Shown: in pieces, positions 62,693 through 64,000 of the stretch
Numbering within the stretch: position 1 is the stretch's first letter
Layout: each line of letters begins with the position of its first letter
Assembly (NCBI GenBank): GCA_035358715.1
Contig: DAOPPX010000001.1
Span: forward strand, 18,412 to 82,411
DNA length: 64,000 nt
From: Verrucomicrobiota bacterium
GTDB taxonomy: Bacteria; Verrucomicrobiota; Verrucomicrobiia; Limisphaerales; UBA8199
Reading direction: 5' to 3'
Program-made: the position numbers and the translations under genes
The notes under the pieces: generated by a model
Databases searched by the model: none
What the model saw: the letters and a program-made list of their open reading frames with translations, nothing else
Told to the model about the DNA's origin: nothing

Positions 62693-62809
62693 CAAAGGTG
62701 TTCGGGGCCTGAGGGTTCGATCACAAGAGTGTCCTCTTGTGCTTGTCGTGCCTTGCGGTTAAGGCTCTCGGTTTCCTCTTTGAGGTGTTCCAGAAAGGGT
62801 GGGAAGCCG

Positions 62810-63079
62810 TCAAAGGTGCAGGACCAGCCCTGGGGCCAGAATTACTTCAAACTGTCGGTGTTTCGCGCTCGTCCAAGCGTCGAAGGCGTAACGCAGCCGT
62901 TCGAGAGCGGCGTCGAACTGGGCACGAGCTTGTTCGGGGCCGGTCCGGATTCGTGGGTTAGGCACCGGCTGGGGTCTGGGCAGAGGTGACACGGCAGGGA
63001 GCTGTTCGAGCCGGGCAAGTACGTCTGCAGGCGTCTGGCTCTCGGGATTCGCTGGATTGTGATCATGGTCGGGCATCAT
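62810..63079 (-). CDS. small hypothetical protein
   Basis: 89-aa ORF, 94 nt downstream of the helicase gene. Pro-rich N-terminus. Weak support. Confidence 0.3.
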   Translation of the reverse strand: MMPDHDHNPANPESQTPADVLARLEQLPAVSPLPRPQPVPNPRIRTGPEQARAQFDAALERLRYAFDAWTSAKHRQFEVILAPGLVLHL

Positions 63080-63173
63080 GGATGGTATCCTGGAATTTGC
63101 ACGTCGTCGTGCAGCCGTTTGTGCGGGGCGCGAGCGTGCTTGGCCGTAGCTTGATCGTGATTGTGCAGTGCTG

Positions 63174-64000
63174 TCAGAGGAAGCTGTCGTCGGGGACGGG
63201 TTCTTCGGTTGGGGCAGTGGTAACCGGGGTTGAGGCGGCGGGCTCTTTGATGAAAAGGTCGCCGTTGGCGGCGGCCCGGCGGAAGATTTCCAGGTCGCTC
63301 AGTTCCCAGCCTCGCACGGTGCTGAGGTAAACCCACTGCGTGGCGCGGGTGATGCCGACCAGGAGGAGACGACGGCGGCGCTCGCCCGTCACGCGTTGGA
63401 AGTTATTTTCCACGAGCTTGGGCAGCAGGACGCAATCAAAGGTGAGACCCTTGGCGTTGTGGTAGGAGGCGATGATCGGCGTGAGCGAGTCAAAATCCGG
63501 CGGCGTGCCGCCGCGGCGGACGGCTATGGCCTGGTGGATCTCGATGCCTCGTTCCTTGAGTTTGTTGGTGACGCTAAAGAGATCCCGGTTGGTGGGGACG
63601 ATGATGCCGCACTTGTGATTCAAGAGGCGGCGCTCACGCAGGACATCGGCGAGCTTGTCTATCTCATCCTCCCAATCGGTCGCGACGTAGAGGCAGGGCT
63701 TCTGCCGTTCCATAGCGAGATAATTGAGGCCGTCGTAGGCGTTGCCGAAATAGGAGGCGAGTTTGGCGATGTCCGGCGAATTGCGATAGGCCGGCAGGAG
63801 GGAGGCGCTCTGCCCTGTGACTGAGAGATGCTGTTGCATTTCCGTCACCGAGGCCCCGCCCTCGAAGATTTGCTGGCGGGCGTCGGCGAACACGGTCAAA
63901 TGCCGGGTCATCTGGCGCAGGATGGCGTAGGCCGTGGCATCTAAATCCTGACCTTCGTCCACGAGCACGAAATCGAGGGGTGATTGCGGCTGAGCGACGC
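63174..64000 (-). CDS. UvrD-like SF1 helicase, C-terminal part (5' end outside window)
   Basis: The frame stays open to the window edge (hand-checked: VAQPQSPLDFVLVDEGQD). Motifs VDEGQD, YHNAKGLTFD, LLVGITRATQWVYL. Confidence 0.8.
   Translation of the reverse strand, partial: VAQPQSPLDFVLVDEGQDLDATAYAILRQMTRHLTVFADARQQIFEGGASVTEMQQHLSVTGQSASLLPAYRNSPDIAKLASYFGNAYDGLNYLAMERQKPCLYVATDWEDEIDKLADVLRERRLLNHKCGIIVPTNRDLFSVTNKLKERGIEIHQAIAVRRGGTPPDFDSLTPIIASYHNAKGLTFDCVLLPKLVENNFQRVTGERRRRLLLVGITRATQWVYLSTVRGWELSDLEIFRRAAANGDLFIKEPAASTPVTTAPTEEPVPDDSFL

Noticed and set aside
1-64000. rRNA, tRNA, tmRNA, CRISPR arrays, integrase/transposase genes and flanking att-like direct repeats
   Set aside because: None was recognised by eye in any intergenic region or ORF translation. 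The absence is by inspection only, not by tRNAscan, Infernal or repeat-finder runs.

Overview
GC-rich bacterial window, gene-dense. I call about 70 CDS. I recognised no rRNA, tRNA, CRISPR array, integrase, transposase, capsid or terminase. All family names come from motifs I read in the translations and recalled from memory; nothing was searched. The style of the giant secreted repeat protein weakly suggests a PVC-group (Verrucomicrobiota-like) host.

Layout:
(1) 283-4592 (-): seven-gene operon led by a Ycf46-type AAA+ ATPase, followed by DUF1257-like, DUF2997-like and WGR-domain genes. A DUF1802-like gene lies divergently.
(2) 5363-12213 (+): five translationally coupled genes: AAA+ ATPase, metallophosphoesterase, DEDDh exonuclease, GmrSD-like DUF262/DUF1524 enzyme, and a second DUF262 protein. 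The DUF262 pair is visibly more AT-rich.
(3) 12.4-60.2 kb: an almost unidirectional minus-strand block of short, tightly packed or overlapping ORFs, mostly orphans. It has phage/ICE-like DNA-metabolism content: a J-domain protein, ParB-like nuclease domain, radical SAM plus AAA+ operon, NAD-dependent ligase, PAPS-reductase-like plus N6-MTase pair, topo-IA-like protein, PilB/GspE-class ATPase, and four SF1/SF2 helicase-fold proteins, two with ablated ATPase motifs. The block is interrupted by a 1584-aa secreted Ig/PPC/beta-repeat protein on the plus strand, which carries a perfect 269-bp internal direct repeat.
(4) 60.3-64 kb: a 777-aa orphan and a UvrD-like helicase truncated at the window edge.

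Best candidates for an undescribed system:
- the helicase/pseudo-helicase/PilB-like module (44.3-60.2 kb);
- the radical-SAM/AAA+ operon (24.1-30.6 kb);
- the AAA+/phosphoesterase/exonuclease/DUF262 operon (5.4-12.2 kb);
- the Ycf46/DUF1257/DUF2997/WGR operon (0.3-4.6 kb).
Functional interpretations are inference.
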